Below, in pieces: positions 27,931 to 37,248 of a DNA stretch of 64,000 nt (within the stretch, counting starts at the first letter, position 1; every line of letters starts with the position of its first letter). The position numbers were made by a program, and so were the translations under genes. Origin of the DNA: a virus (Duplodnaviria > Caudoviricetes); the IMG/VR virus record IMGVR_UViG_3300038825_000529, positions 1,539 through 65,538 of that record, one strand, 5' to 3'. Under the pieces are notes generated by a model. The model saw only the letters and a list, made by a program, of their open reading frames with translations, made no database searches and had not been told where the DNA came from.

Positions 27931-28862
27931 TGACTGAGTTTATTCCCGCAGAGTTGGATCGTTATTGCTATTGGCAAACTGAACGTGAGTCGATACGCAT
28001 TAAAAAAGAATCTGCAGTTCTTTCCCCTCCCTGGACTGACGATCCAATTTTGCAGGAGTTTAAGTTCTGCCAAGTGTTTAGAGAAGATGATCGTACAACA
28101 CGTTGGTTTAGAACACATATAAGAGAGCCTATGCGGAACGAAGAAGACGTTCTTATGGCTACGATTATATTCCGTTGGTTTAATTTAATAGAAACAGGGA
28201 GAACTTTAATCGATCATGATTTATTACGTAAGTGGAATAGAAAGAAAGCTATTTATGAAATAACTAAACAACCTAAGTGGATCACGGGTGCTTACATTAT
28301 TAAAACACCAAACGGTATGGATAAAGTAACAGGAGTAGCCGAGTGTGTTTCACATATTTGGAAAGCTAGAGAATCTATATTATCTAGATTACATGAGAAT
28401 TTAGTAAAGGGTGAATCTTCATTAGAAGCAACATGGTTAATTCTTAGAGATTATCCATACATGGGTCCATTTATGGCTTACGAAGTTGTTACTGATTTAA
28501 GACATACCTATTTATTAGAAAACGCTAACGATATTATGACTTGGGCTAATGCAGGTCCAGGAGCCATGCGAGGACTTAATCGTCTTACAGGCAGACCGTT
28601 AGACTATAGTCGTAAAAGCCATCCATGGTGTGAAGAAATGCAAGACCTATTTAAACAAGTAAAGAAAGTATTAGCTCCTTCGATTATTTTTAGAAACGGT
28701 GCTAATTATGAAATGCGAGAGATCGAAGGTGGTCTATGTGAGTTTGATAAATATTCTCGAATATATAAAAACGAGGGAAGAACACGATCGGTGTATAAAC
28801 ATAATAATCTTCCAATGGTGGAAGACTTAATAGAAGGAGAAAGTAAGTATGGGAATGAGTGA
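27930..28862 (+). CDS. aGPT-Pplase1 / 5-hmdU DNA kinase helical-domain protein
   Basis: ER..IR...PWTDDPILQEFKFCQVFREDDR, FRWFN, GPFMAYEVVTDL, GPGAMRGL and EGGLCEFDKY motifs. Confidence 0.82.
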   Translation: MTEFIPAELDRYCYWQTERESIRIKKESAVLSPPWTDDPILQEFKFCQVFREDDRTTRWFRTHIREPMRNEEDVLMATIIFRWFNLIETGRTLIDHDLLRKWNRKKAIYEITKQPKWITGAYIIKTPNGMDKVTGVAECVSHIWKARESILSRLHENLVKGESSLEATWLILRDYPYMGPFMAYEVVTDLRHTYLLENANDIMTWANAGPGAMRGLNRLTGRPLDYSRKSHPWCEEMQDLFKQVKKVLAPSIIFRNGANYEMREIEGGLCEFDKYSRIYKNEGRTRSVYKHNNLPMVEDLIEGESKYGNE

Positions 28863-29067
28863 TAGAGTAATAGAGTTGTTAGAAGAGTATGGTGATGTAA
28901 TCGATATACATTACACACAGTTTTTAGAGGTAGCTTTCTTTCTAAAAGTAGCCGCAGATGAGCGACTTGCAATAGCTTTTATAAAAAGAAAAGTACCAAT
29001 GTTAAACGATGAAGAAATTCGTTTTGTGATACATGAAATAGTAGGAGGTTATCAAGACACCTTATGA
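28849..29067 (+). CDS. Hypothetical protein in the modification operon
   Basis: 72-aa ORF with AGGAG RBS, overlapping both neighbours. Confidence 0.55.
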   Translation: MGMSDRVIELLEEYGDVIDIHYTQFLEVAFFLKVAADERLAIAFIKRKVPMLNDEEIRFVIHEIVGGYQDTL

Positions 29068-30155
29068 AAGTAATTAATGCAAGAAACGTAAACGACGCGT
29101 TAGAAAAAGGTATAGATTTATTTCAAGACCCTACTGAATATAGAGTACAGGAAAGTCGTAATGGTATAACGTATGAAGCTAAGACACCTGTAGCTACCGT
29201 ATACAAAAAACCTTGGGAAAGAGTTTGTTTAATAAAACAAAGAGACGCTAATCCATTTTTTCATTTTATAGAAGGGTTATGGATGCTCGATGGTCGTAAC
29301 GACTTAGAACCACTAACTTATTTTGTTAAATCGATGTTTGATTTTTCAGACGACGGTGAAACTTTATGGGGAGCTTATGGTTGGAGATGGAGAAGTTATT
29401 TTAAGAAAGATCAAATAGCTGCAATTATCGGTTTGTTAAAAGAAAACCCTTACGAAAGACGAGCAGTTCTACAGATGTGGGATCCTAAGGACGATTTAGC
29501 GAGAACTTGTAATAAAAAAGTTGAAAGAAAAGACGTACCTTGTAATACGAATATTTATTTTAAAGTACGTGATGGTAAGTTATGCATGACTGTTTGTAAT
29601 CGTTCTAACGATATGCTTTGGGGAGCTTATGGTGCTAACGCAGTTCATATGTCTATGTTGCAAGAGTTCGTAGCTCTTAATCTAAATTTACCGATGGGTG
29701 ATTATACTCAAATTAGTGATAGTTTTCATATTTATCCAAACACTCCTGTGTGGGAAAAAGTTAAAGATATTGAATTAAATGTATACACCTATAAACATAT
29801 ACAAAATCATTACGATCTTATCGATGAATATGAGCCTGTACCTATTGTTAATGACCTTATTTCTTTTAACAGAGAAGTCAGGTTCTTCTTCGATTATTTT
29901 GAAACTTTTAGATATAATCCAAAAGAAATGCTAAAAAGAACAGATGATATCGAATGGGATAATAATATTTTTCCAGACGTAGCAGTGCCTATGTTAAAAG
30001 CATTTCATTATCATAAAGAAAGAGATTATTTGAATTCGTATCGAGAAGTACAGTCTATTAAGTCTCTCGATTGGATGGAGGCGTGTTTTGAGTGGATCCG
30101 CAAACGAGACACCGCCTATACTTTAAACAATGCGGATATAGGAGAAAGCAAATGA
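29064..30155 (+). CDS. Thymidylate synthase-fold enzyme, likely dUMP hydroxymethylase
   Basis: SRNG, RDANPFF...E.LWML.GRND, GAYG.RWR, DVPCN catalytic Cys and RSNDMLWGAYGAN; Asn at the dUMP/dCMP specificity position. Confidence 0.82.
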   Translation: MKVINARNVNDALEKGIDLFQDPTEYRVQESRNGITYEAKTPVATVYKKPWERVCLIKQRDANPFFHFIEGLWMLDGRNDLEPLTYFVKSMFDFSDDGETLWGAYGWRWRSYFKKDQIAAIIGLLKENPYERRAVLQMWDPKDDLARTCNKKVERKDVPCNTNIYFKVRDGKLCMTVCNRSNDMLWGAYGANAVHMSMLQEFVALNLNLPMGDYTQISDSFHIYPNTPVWEKVKDIELNVYTYKHIQNHYDLIDEYEPVPIVNDLISFNREVRFFFDYFETFRYNPKEMLKRTDDIEWDNNIFPDVAVPMLKAFHYHKERDYLNSYREVQSIKSLDWMEACFEWIRKRDTAYTLNNADIGESK

Positions 30156-30499
30156 GCAAATGGGAAAACATGAAAGAAGTTGCCCAAAACGATCTTGAAG
30201 CTCTTAAACGAGCAGAGACTTCGTACGGTGATTCTTGGAGACGTCGTGGAGGTGTTGGTGCCTTTATGATGTTAGCACGTAAGTTCGATCGTATAGAACA
30301 CCAGTCTGAAAAGCACGGGTGGGATATCTTCGAAGCAGGTGAAGTCTACAAAGGCGAAGCAGGTTTACTCGATGATATTCGAGACTTACGTAGATATTTA
30401 TTATTAGTTGAAGAATACATTTTAGCTAATACTAATCAAGTTAGCGTTGAAGCTGACGATGTTAATTATGCCGCAGAAGATGGCAAGGAGGATTATTAA
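30152..30499 (+). CDS. Nucleotide-modification-associated all-alpha protein (Nmad1/DUF1599-like)
   Basis: YGDSW, KFDRI and DDIRDLRRYLLL pattern; follows the TS-like gene; start moved to 30152. Confidence 0.6.
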   Translation: MSKWENMKEVAQNDLEALKRAETSYGDSWRRRGGVGAFMMLARKFDRIEHQSEKHGWDIFEAGEVYKGEAGLLDDIRDLRRYLLLVEEYILANTNQVSVEADDVNYAAEDGKEDY

Positions 30500-30840
30500 T
30501 GAGTAATACAGATAGTTGGTGGAAAAAGTTTGTTAAATTTTTTACACCTTTACCAAAAGAAGAACTACAACCTAAGAAAGTTGTAAAGGAAGAAGTTCTT
30601 GAAAAAGCAATCAAAGATGCTGAAGTTGTTTTAAAGAAGTTTGACGACGAACTTAAAGCAGGGAACATCTATGAAGTGGTGCAGAAAGATCCTAAACGAG
30701 CTAGAACGAAAAAAGGAACATATAAGGCAGACGATAAGTCTACTCCAGATGTTAACGAAGCTTGGGAAGGTGGTAAAGCTCCTGCAAAAAAGCCAAAAGC
30801 TAAGAAAACTAAAGTCACGAGGATCAAAAAGAAGAAGTGA
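30499..30840 (+). CDS. Basic protein with RAR..KG.Y.ADD.STPDVNEAW motif
   Basis: AGGAGG RBS; motif recurrent in small phage proteins. Confidence 0.65.
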   Translation: MSNTDSWWKKFVKFFTPLPKEELQPKKVVKEEVLEKAIKDAEVVLKKFDDELKAGNIYEVVQKDPKRARTKKGTYKADDKSTPDVNEAWEGGKAPAKKPKAKKTKVTRIKKKK

Positions 30841-32702
30841 TTTTACAAACCCCTATGTTCGCTCCAACAAGTGACTGGTCTATACCTGAGATCTTTCCTC
30901 AGTTTTCTGAGACAGAAACGATTGCAGTAGATTTAGAAACTTACGATCCACACCTCATGACTTGTGGTCCAGGATGGGCTACAGGTCGTGGGTATATCGT
31001 GGGTGTTGGTATTGCGACAGAGGGTTGGAAGGGTTACTTTCCTATCCGTCATCAAGGCGGAGGTAATCTTGACGAAGATATTGTATTACGTTGGTTACGC
31101 AACACTCTAGCATCGGAAAAGCGAGACGTTATATTTCATAACGCCTTATACGACGTAGGGTGGCTCCGTAGAGAAGGCGTACACGTAGGCGGTAAAATAT
31201 TAGATACGATCGTGGCGGCTCCCCTAGTAAACGAGAATAGGTATTCTTATTCTTTAGATAACCTCGGTGAGTTTTACTGTAACGAAAAGAAAGATGAATC
31301 GTTATTACAAAACGCTGCTTTATCGTTTGGAGTAAATCCTAAATCAGAAATGTATAAACTACCGTCTAAGTTCGTTGGACCTTATGGTGAGCAAGATGCA
31401 GCACTAACTCTAAAACTTTGGCAAAAATTAAAAATCGAAGTTCAAGAACAAGGGTTAGAAAAAATACTCGACATGGAATGCCGACTGATTCCTTTACTGT
31501 TAGAAATGCGATGGCGAGGGGTTAGAATCGATGAACAAAAAGCTGACGATGTTAGTAAAAAGTTATCGATCGAAGAACAAAAGCTACAGGTCGAGATTAA
31601 ACGTAAATATGGTGCAGAAGTTAATTTATGGGCTAATGCATCGTTAGAAGCTATCTTTGAAAAGAACAAGATATGGTTTCCTAGAACCGCAAAAGGTATG
31701 GCTAGTTTTCAAAAAGACTGGTTAGAAGGACACGAACACGAGTTACCACAACTTATTGTTCGAGCGAGGAAACTTAATAAAGCTAGAACTACTTTCATCG
31801 ATAAGATGATTAAAGATCACTGTTTCGATGGTCGTATACACGCAGAAGCTCATGCTATGCGTAACGATCGTGGCGGCACGGTTAGTGGTAGATTTAGCTA
31901 TAGTAATCCTAATCTACAACAAGTTCCTGCAAGAGATCCAGAGATCGGTAATTTAATACGATCTTTGTTTATTCCAGAGGATGGTTGTCAGTGGGGTGTA
32001 TTCGATTATTCACAACAAGAGCCAAGGCTTACTGTTCATTACGCTGATCGAATGAACTTAGCAGGGGCAAAAGATGCGGTAGTTGAGTATACAGAAAAGA
32101 ACGCGGATTTCCACCAGATCGTTGCAGATATGGCTAATATACCGCGTAAACAGGCTAAGACGATTAATTTAGGACTTAGCTATGGGATGGGTAAAGAAAA
32201 GCTTATTAAAGAGCTAGGGATAGACGATACGGAAGCTGAGGGGTTATTTCAGCAGTATCATAATAAAGTTCCCTTTATACGAGGGTTACAAGATCAGTGT
32301 GCAAGGGTAGCCATGGAACGTGGTTATATACGAACGTTTGCTGGTAGACGTTGTAGGTTTAATCTATGGGAAGATAGATATGAACGTACTCTACCTCTAC
32401 CGTACGAAGAAGCACAGGAAAAATACGGTGATAATTTAAAAAGATCATATACATATAAGGCTCTGAATCGGTTGATTCAAGGATCGGCTGCTGACATGAC
32501 GAAGTTAGCAATGCTGGGTCTGTGGGAGGAAGGAATTGTTCCTCACCTACAAGTCCACGATGAGGTTGATATCTCAGTAGAGAACACTGAACAAGCTGAC
32601 AAGATTGCAGAAATAATGGAAACTTGTGTAGAACTTGCAGTACCCCTACTAGTGGATAAGGAACTCGGAAGTTCATGGGGCGAAACAAAGGAAATAAAAT
32701 GA
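30837..32702 (+). CDS. polA: DNA polymerase family A with 3'-5' exonuclease
   Basis: DLET, HNALYD, SGRFSYSNPNLQQVP, DYSQQEPR, AKTINLGLSYG, IQGSAAD and QVHDE motifs. Confidence 0.95.
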   Translation: MILQTPMFAPTSDWSIPEIFPQFSETETIAVDLETYDPHLMTCGPGWATGRGYIVGVGIATEGWKGYFPIRHQGGGNLDEDIVLRWLRNTLASEKRDVIFHNALYDVGWLRREGVHVGGKILDTIVAAPLVNENRYSYSLDNLGEFYCNEKKDESLLQNAALSFGVNPKSEMYKLPSKFVGPYGEQDAALTLKLWQKLKIEVQEQGLEKILDMECRLIPLLLEMRWRGVRIDEQKADDVSKKLSIEEQKLQVEIKRKYGAEVNLWANASLEAIFEKNKIWFPRTAKGMASFQKDWLEGHEHELPQLIVRARKLNKARTTFIDKMIKDHCFDGRIHAEAHAMRNDRGGTVSGRFSYSNPNLQQVPARDPEIGNLIRSLFIPEDGCQWGVFDYSQQEPRLTVHYADRMNLAGAKDAVVEYTEKNADFHQIVADMANIPRKQAKTINLGLSYGMGKEKLIKELGIDDTEAEGLFQQYHNKVPFIRGLQDQCARVAMERGYIRTFAGRRCRFNLWEDRYERTLPLPYEEAQEKYGDNLKRSYTYKALNRLIQGSAADMTKLAMLGLWEEGIVPHLQVHDEVDISVENTEQADKIAEIMETCVELAVPLLVDKELGSSWGETKEIK

Positions 32703-33043
32703 AAGGTATCTCACAAGAAAAAGCTAAAGAATACTCTATTAAGTACAGACGAATGTACGAACAATGGGTAGAGAGCTCTACGACTCTAGAACAAATGGGT
32801 AGAGAGCATAATTTAACAAAACAACGTATGTGGCAGATCATTACACGTTGTAAACTCGGTGATGGTGATTACTACTACGGTACACAGATTGCTAGAAACA
32901 AATGGTCTGAGTTTAAAACAATGTACGATGACCTCGATCAGACTAAACGTGCTTTCGATGACTGGTTAAAAGAAAGAGACATCAAACTTATTGCTAATAA
33001 CCAAAAAGCCGCTCCACATACTGGTTGGGACTGGTCGGGCTAG
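32699..33043 (+). CDS. HTH DNA-binding protein (sigma region 4-like)
   Basis: TLEQMGREHNLTKQRMWQI helix-turn-helix pattern. Confidence 0.6.
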   Translation: MKGISQEKAKEYSIKYRRMYEQWVESSTTLEQMGREHNLTKQRMWQIITRCKLGDGDYYYGTQIARNKWSEFKTMYDDLDQTKRAFDDWLKERDIKLIANNQKAAPHTGWDWSG

Positions 33044-33048
33044 GACAG

Positions 33049-33080
33049 TGCTTTACTTTCTAAACTTTGCCTTTTATATT
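33049..33080 (+). promoter_or_regulatory. Phage promoter (TGCTTTACTT class)
   Basis: TTTACT 33052-57, 17 bp spacer, TATATT 33075-80. Confidence 0.65.
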
Positions 33081-33088
33081 TAAGGTAT

Positions 33089-33805
33089 ATGTTTTTAGCA
33101 AGTAACACACAAATAGAACTACCGAACAACGGAGAGTGCAAGGTATGTTCGAAACCTTTATACGGACAAAGACGAAAGTTTTGTAGTTCTAAATGTAGCG
33201 TTAAGTTTCATGATCAAGATAAACATAAACGATTATATGTAGAAGCTCCTCGATCGTGTGCACATTGTTCCATTGAGTTTTTTAAGAGTCAGACTGGATT
33301 ATTAAATTATTGTTCTAAGGATTGTCAAAAACAATATCAGTATTCTAAAAATAAAGACCCACATTCAACTTATGGATCAGGCAAACGTAAACAGATATTA
33401 TCAAATAAATATCAAAATTGGTCTTGTTGTGCTTATGACGAAGCGGTTATAGATAACGATATTTTAGACCATATAGAATATTTAGCGACTGATGAACCTT
33501 ACGTACAAGAAGATATGGAGTGGCTCGAACGTGTATTACATGAAGAACATACAACACCTAGATACTCAGACGGAACTGTATACAAACCTGATCCGTTATC
33601 GTTTAAATTGAAAAAATGGAGAAATTATTGGTGGCGAGAACCCAATGTATCTAAACATCGAAAACGAGCAAAATACGCAAACAGTCGTTCTTTTAATGAA
33701 CGTTGGTCTATTTTAACAAAACGCTCGATTATGAAACGTTACCGTAAAATGAAATATGGCGAAAGAAAAAAATTTATGGCTCTTGTTAAGATCAAATCTT
33801 CCTGA
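33089..33805 (+). CDS. Protein with two CxxC...(F/Y)CSxxC zinc ribbons and a basic C-terminus
   Basis: CKVC..FCSSKC and CAHC..YCSKDC; no evident RBS, so possibly near-leaderless from the 33049 promoter. Confidence 0.6.
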   Translation: MFLASNTQIELPNNGECKVCSKPLYGQRRKFCSSKCSVKFHDQDKHKRLYVEAPRSCAHCSIEFFKSQTGLLNYCSKDCQKQYQYSKNKDPHSTYGSGKRKQILSNKYQNWSCCAYDEAVIDNDILDHIEYLATDEPYVQEDMEWLERVLHEEHTTPRYSDGTVYKPDPLSFKLKKWRNYWWREPNVSKHRKRAKYANSRSFNERWSILTKRSIMKRYRKMKYGERKKFMALVKIKSS

Positions 33806-34145
33806 AATACATTTACAACGAATTGAAACAGGTATGACAGGAGCAGGTGTTCCTGACGTTAACGGTTGTGCCAAAGGTAAAGAGTTCTGGATTGAGCTAA
33901 AAGAAATACATTCAGGTAATGCTCTTACTCTACGCCCTATGCAAATATCGTGGTTAGCGAAACGTGCATCGTTTGGTGGTCAAGTTTTCGTTATGGCTCG
34001 TAAAAACGATGAGATCAAGCTCTACCATATTGACAGTCTTACAGGTATTCAAGACCTCGTTAAAACTGGATATAAATCAAAAGCTCTTGTGACTCTTACG
34101 ATTCCTTACGATTGGGACGCTCTTGTTAGTGCTTTACTTTCGTAG
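33756..34145 (+). CDS. PD-(D/E)XK nuclease, Holliday junction resolvase/VRR-NUC-like
   Basis: RIE...GVPDV..FWIELK...LRPMQISW motifs. Confidence 0.82.
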   Translation: MAKEKNLWLLLRSNLPEIHLQRIETGMTGAGVPDVNGCAKGKEFWIELKEIHSGNALTLRPMQISWLAKRASFGGQVFVMARKNDEIKLYHIDSLTGIQDLVKTGYKSKALVTLTIPYDWDALVSALLS

Positions 34146-34227
34146 TTTTCGTACCTATAATGATAAAAGTAGCTAATAGGCTACGTGATTAACCAGTGCA
34201 GCCATGCACATTAGAAAGGAGAAAATT
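34130..34227 (+). promoter_or_regulatory. Phage promoter, two leader hairpins and RBS
   Basis: TTTACT-17-TATAAT; GTAGC/GCTAC and GTGCA/TGCAC hairpins; AGAAAGGAG. Confidence 0.75.
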
Positions 34228-35262
34228 ATGGCACACCAAGTAGAAACGATGGCTTGGACGGGGGATGTACCTTGGCACGGATTAGGTGTCGAGGTTGATT
34301 CTAACCTTAAACCATCTGAAATGCAGAAAGCGGCTCAGTTAGACTGGACAGTTAGCAAACGTCCTAGTTATACTATAGACGCTCCTGAGTGGAGTGACGA
34401 TGTTGGTCTTATCCAAGCGGAAAATACCTTCCACGTTGTTCGAGATAGCGATAACCGAATACTATCGCATTGTGGTAGAGACTATGTCCCTATACAGAAT
34501 GAAGACGTATTCAAATTCTTTAAACGCTTTACGGATGCTGGTCATATGACCATGGAAACCGCAGGTAGTTTGAAAGACGGTGGAGAAATTTGGGGTTTAG
34601 CTAAAATCTCAGAAGACTTCGAACTAGCGGGTGACGACCTTATTAAAGGTTATTTGCTTATCAACCAACCACATATCGTTGGTCGAGCAATGACTATTAA
34701 GTTGACACCTATCAGAGTTGTTTGCAACAACACTTTAACGATGGCTTTACAACACGGTGGCACAGCGTCCTTCCGTATGCCACACGTTAAAGCATTCGAT
34801 GACGATGTTATACAGATCGCAGAAGAAGCTCTAGGGCTATCTGCTGAACGTATGACAGAGTTTAGAGAAGCTGCAAACTTACTCTCTAAGAAGAAAGCTA
34901 AACATTCTCAGTTTCTTGAGTTTGTAGGTGATATTTATCAACCTGATATGATTGCTGCTTATAGACACGACCAACAGCTCAAAGCTGAAGGTAAGTTGAT
35001 AGGTATGCAAGAACCTCTTGTTGAGAAATTTAACAAGTTTCCACTTCTTGCTGTCGATGCTCTAGAACAGTCTCCAGGTGCAAACCTGAAGTCTGCTAAA
35101 GGTACGTGGTGGGGAGCATTGAATGCTGTCACCTACGTTGAAGACCATTTACGTGAGTCTGTAACCGAAGGCAACGCTTTACATAGTTCATGGTTTGGTG
35201 CTGCGGCTAATCGTAAAGCTAAAGCCTTAGATTTAGCTGTGAAATATGCGGAGGCTGCATAA
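34228..35262 (+). CDS. DUF932 family protein (phage/plasmid-like)
   Basis: MAHQVETMA...PWHGLG, ETAGSL..G..IW.LA, TPIRVVCNNTL and GTWWGALNAVT motifs. Confidence 0.88.
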   Translation: MAHQVETMAWTGDVPWHGLGVEVDSNLKPSEMQKAAQLDWTVSKRPSYTIDAPEWSDDVGLIQAENTFHVVRDSDNRILSHCGRDYVPIQNEDVFKFFKRFTDAGHMTMETAGSLKDGGEIWGLAKISEDFELAGDDLIKGYLLINQPHIVGRAMTIKLTPIRVVCNNTLTMALQHGGTASFRMPHVKAFDDDVIQIAEEALGLSAERMTEFREAANLLSKKKAKHSQFLEFVGDIYQPDMIAAYRHDQQLKAEGKLIGMQEPLVEKFNKFPLLAVDALEQSPGANLKSAKGTWWGALNAVTYVEDHLRESVTEGNALHSSWFGAAANRKAKALDLAVKYAEAA

Positions 35263-35501
35263 TGCCGAGAGACCCTAAATCATATTTAGTCGATGGTGAA
35301 GTTTTAGCCATGGTCTGGTCAGCATTGTATGAGGGAGCTAACGATGAGTTAGCTTCCGTCATACGTGATACGATGATTGCTCAAGGCTGTCAAGAATTAC
35401 ACGGTATTACCGATCAATCATTAATTTTAATGTTCTGGAAAAACTTCCTAGAAGAAAAAGGTCTAGTTGAGTTTTCCGACCCACCTAAGGAGGTGCACTA
35501 A
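35262..35501 (+). CDS. Hypothetical protein
   Basis: 79-aa coupled ORF with GGAGG RBS. Confidence 0.65.
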   Translation: MPRDPKSYLVDGEVLAMVWSALYEGANDELASVIRDTMIAQGCQELHGITDQSLILMFWKNFLEEKGLVEFSDPPKEVH

Positions 35502-35761
35502 TGCAAGAACCTATAATCGAATCAGGTATACCTTTACCTGAGGATCAACGTTCGCAGACAAGCTATCCGTTTGCTAAGATGAAAGTAGGAGACTCGATCT
35601 TCTTCCCACTTAGCCCAAGCGATAACTCTCAGCGAATGAAGAACCGTTTAGCTCAAGCCAGTCGAGGCTTTGGCAAAAAACAAGAACCCGAATGGAAGTT
35701 CGTCATTAGATATCGTTTAGAAAACGAAATCTCAGGCGTCCGCGTTTGGCGTAGCTTGTAA
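35501..35761 (+). CDS. Small DNA-binding-like protein
   Basis: IESGIPLP..YPF..MKVGDS.F...GVRVWR family motif. Confidence 0.7.
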   Translation: MQEPIIESGIPLPEDQRSQTSYPFAKMKVGDSIFFPLSPSDNSQRMKNRLAQASRGFGKKQEPEWKFVIRYRLENEISGVRVWRSL

Positions 35762-35790
35762 ACAGTCTGCCTATGAGGTACTCGTTATAG

Positions 35791-35879
35791 TGCTTTACTT
35801 TCACGTATTTCGTAGGCATACTTGTAATAGTTGTTCTAACGCAAGTTAGAATTTGTTAACCAAAAGAAAGGAGAAAGAT
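35791..35879 (+). promoter_or_regulatory. Phage promoter, GNRA hairpin and RBS
   Basis: TTTACT-17-CATACT; TTCTAAC-GCAA-GTTAGAA; AGAAAGGAG. Confidence 0.75.
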
Positions 35880-36251
35880 ATGCAAACAGCAACATCTACA
35901 TCTACCTCTGCAAAGAGAGTTCCTGCGAAAGCAGTAACAAAACCTTTGAGCAAAGCTAAAGTGACAGCAGTCCCGAAGCCTAGTTCAACAGGCAAAGGAG
36001 CTTCTAGAACTTTATATAAGTTCATAGGCAAAGTTCCTGAAGCCAAAGGTTTTACTCCGCAGATGAGAGCCTTGATCTTAACTGTTAGTGAAGCTAAAAA
36101 GAGTGATTTAGACTCTGCTAGTTTTACAGCACAAGATCTAGTATCTCTTGCAGTAAAGCAAGGCAATCTGACTACAGGTCAAGACCCGCTTAGAATCTTT
36201 AGATTTTATGCGAAAAGACTTGTTGATGAAGGCTACTTCGCAAAGGTATAA
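35880..36251 (+). CDS. Winged-helix-like protein, paralogue 1
   Basis: Basic disordered N-terminus, then FTPQMRALI...QDPLRIFRFYAKRLVDEG; similar to 43701 and 44356. Confidence 0.65.
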   Translation: MQTATSTSTSAKRVPAKAVTKPLSKAKVTAVPKPSSTGKGASRTLYKFIGKVPEAKGFTPQMRALILTVSEAKKSDLDSASFTAQDLVSLAVKQGNLTTGQDPLRIFRFYAKRLVDEGYFAKV

Positions 36252-36256
36252 TCTGT

Positions 36257-36293
36257 TAAGTGCATAACAATGTTTGTTGTGCACTTATTTTTT
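36257..36293 (+). terminator. Rho-independent terminator
   Basis: TAAGTGCATAACAA/TTGTTGTGCACTTA stem plus T-tract. Confidence 0.7.
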
Positions 36294-36304
36294 AGGGGAA
36301 AACG

Positions 36305-36508
36305 ATGGAAATAGAAATAACTAAACAAAACGGATTAACGTTTAAAACCAACGTAGCAGTTTTAGCACGACACGTAATACACGCAATGTTAAAAGATCCG
36401 TTTATTGAAATTAAAAACGAGGATGCTGAGCTTTTTGAAAAAGCAGTACATAACGTTATGTATGAAGCAATCGATAATCTTATAGGGGAAAAAGATGGCA
36501 CAAGTTAA
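36305..36508 (+). CDS. Hypothetical protein
   Basis: 67-aa ORF with AGGGG RBS. Confidence 0.6.
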   Translation: MEIEITKQNGLTFKTNVAVLARHVIHAMLKDPFIEIKNEDAELFEKAVHNVMYEAIDNLIGEKDGTS

Positions 36509-36812
36509 ATATGCAACGGTTGAGATATTAGAAACTCTTACACAAAAAGCCGAAGATTCTGGCAAAAACAGATACCCTGACGTAGGGATTGTTAACGGAG
36601 CTTTACTCGAATTAGGCTACGATTTAGAAGAAGTCAAACTTCCGATTACTTACACTTTAGATCATAACGATGTAGAAGTTAGAGCTATGTTTGTAATTCC
36701 AGGACCTGATCCAGAAGCAAACGAGCGATTCTTTTTAGATATGGAATACGAAGATTATAACAATCTACCTTATGTCGATTTACCCAACAATATTCTGTCA
36801 GACGAATTATGA
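36495..36812 (+). CDS. Hypothetical acidic protein
   Basis: 105-aa ORF in the operon. Confidence 0.6.
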   Translation: MAQVKYATVEILETLTQKAEDSGKNRYPDVGIVNGALLELGYDLEEVKLPITYTLDHNDVEVRAMFVIPGPDPEANERFFLDMEYEDYNNLPYVDLPNNILSDEL

Positions 36813-37021
36813 TTTATCGATTATTAACAGTATTTATCATTACAGGCTGTGCGGCATACGTTCCAGAAACTAAGGAATGGAACGATCGATATGATCCTGC
36901 GGCTTGGCGTAAACAGTTTGAAGAATGTCGGGATAAGTTGTATACAACCTATCCTGAAGAAGTTAACCAAGACCAATGGTCAAAATGTATGGAAATAGAT
37001 TATGAACTTAAAGAAAGCTAA
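36809..37021 (+). CDS. Small lipoprotein
   Basis: MIYRLLTVFIITGC lipobox-like signal; two further Cys residues. Confidence 0.6.
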   Translation: MIYRLLTVFIITGCAAYVPETKEWNDRYDPAAWRKQFEECRDKLYTTYPEEVNQDQWSKCMEIDYELKES

Positions 37022-37190
37022 ATTATTACGCAAAGTTTTAGCAACAGGTGGAGCTGATTGGCGAGACGCTAAACACGTACAAACAAAAGATCGGTTTGGT
37101 ACTTTACTACCTACGATCTTTTTAGATCCTAAATGCGGTCGTGCAATATATCGAAAAACAAAAACTATGGCACGAATGCGGGGGTCTTAG
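37002..37190 (+). CDS. Small basic protein
   Basis: MNLKKAKLLRK...CGRAIYRKTK pattern. Confidence 0.6.
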   Translation: MNLKKAKLLRKVLATGGADWRDAKHVQTKDRFGTLLPTIFLDPKCGRAIYRKTKTMARMRGS

Positions 37191-37193
37191 TAG

Positions 37194-37226
37194 TGCTTTA
37201 CTTTGCTAACTTTCGTACTTTATACT
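37194..37226 (+). promoter_or_regulatory. Phage promoter (TGCTTTACTT class)
   Basis: TTTACT 37197-202 and TATACT 37221-26. Confidence 0.7.
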
Positions 37227-37248
37227 ATAAGTATGTTTACTAGAACAA

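Noticed and set aside
32359-32841. 160-aa minus-strand ORF, and the other short antisense or alternative-frame ORFs in the track
   Set aside because: They overlap well-supported plus-strand genes and have no RBS or motif support.
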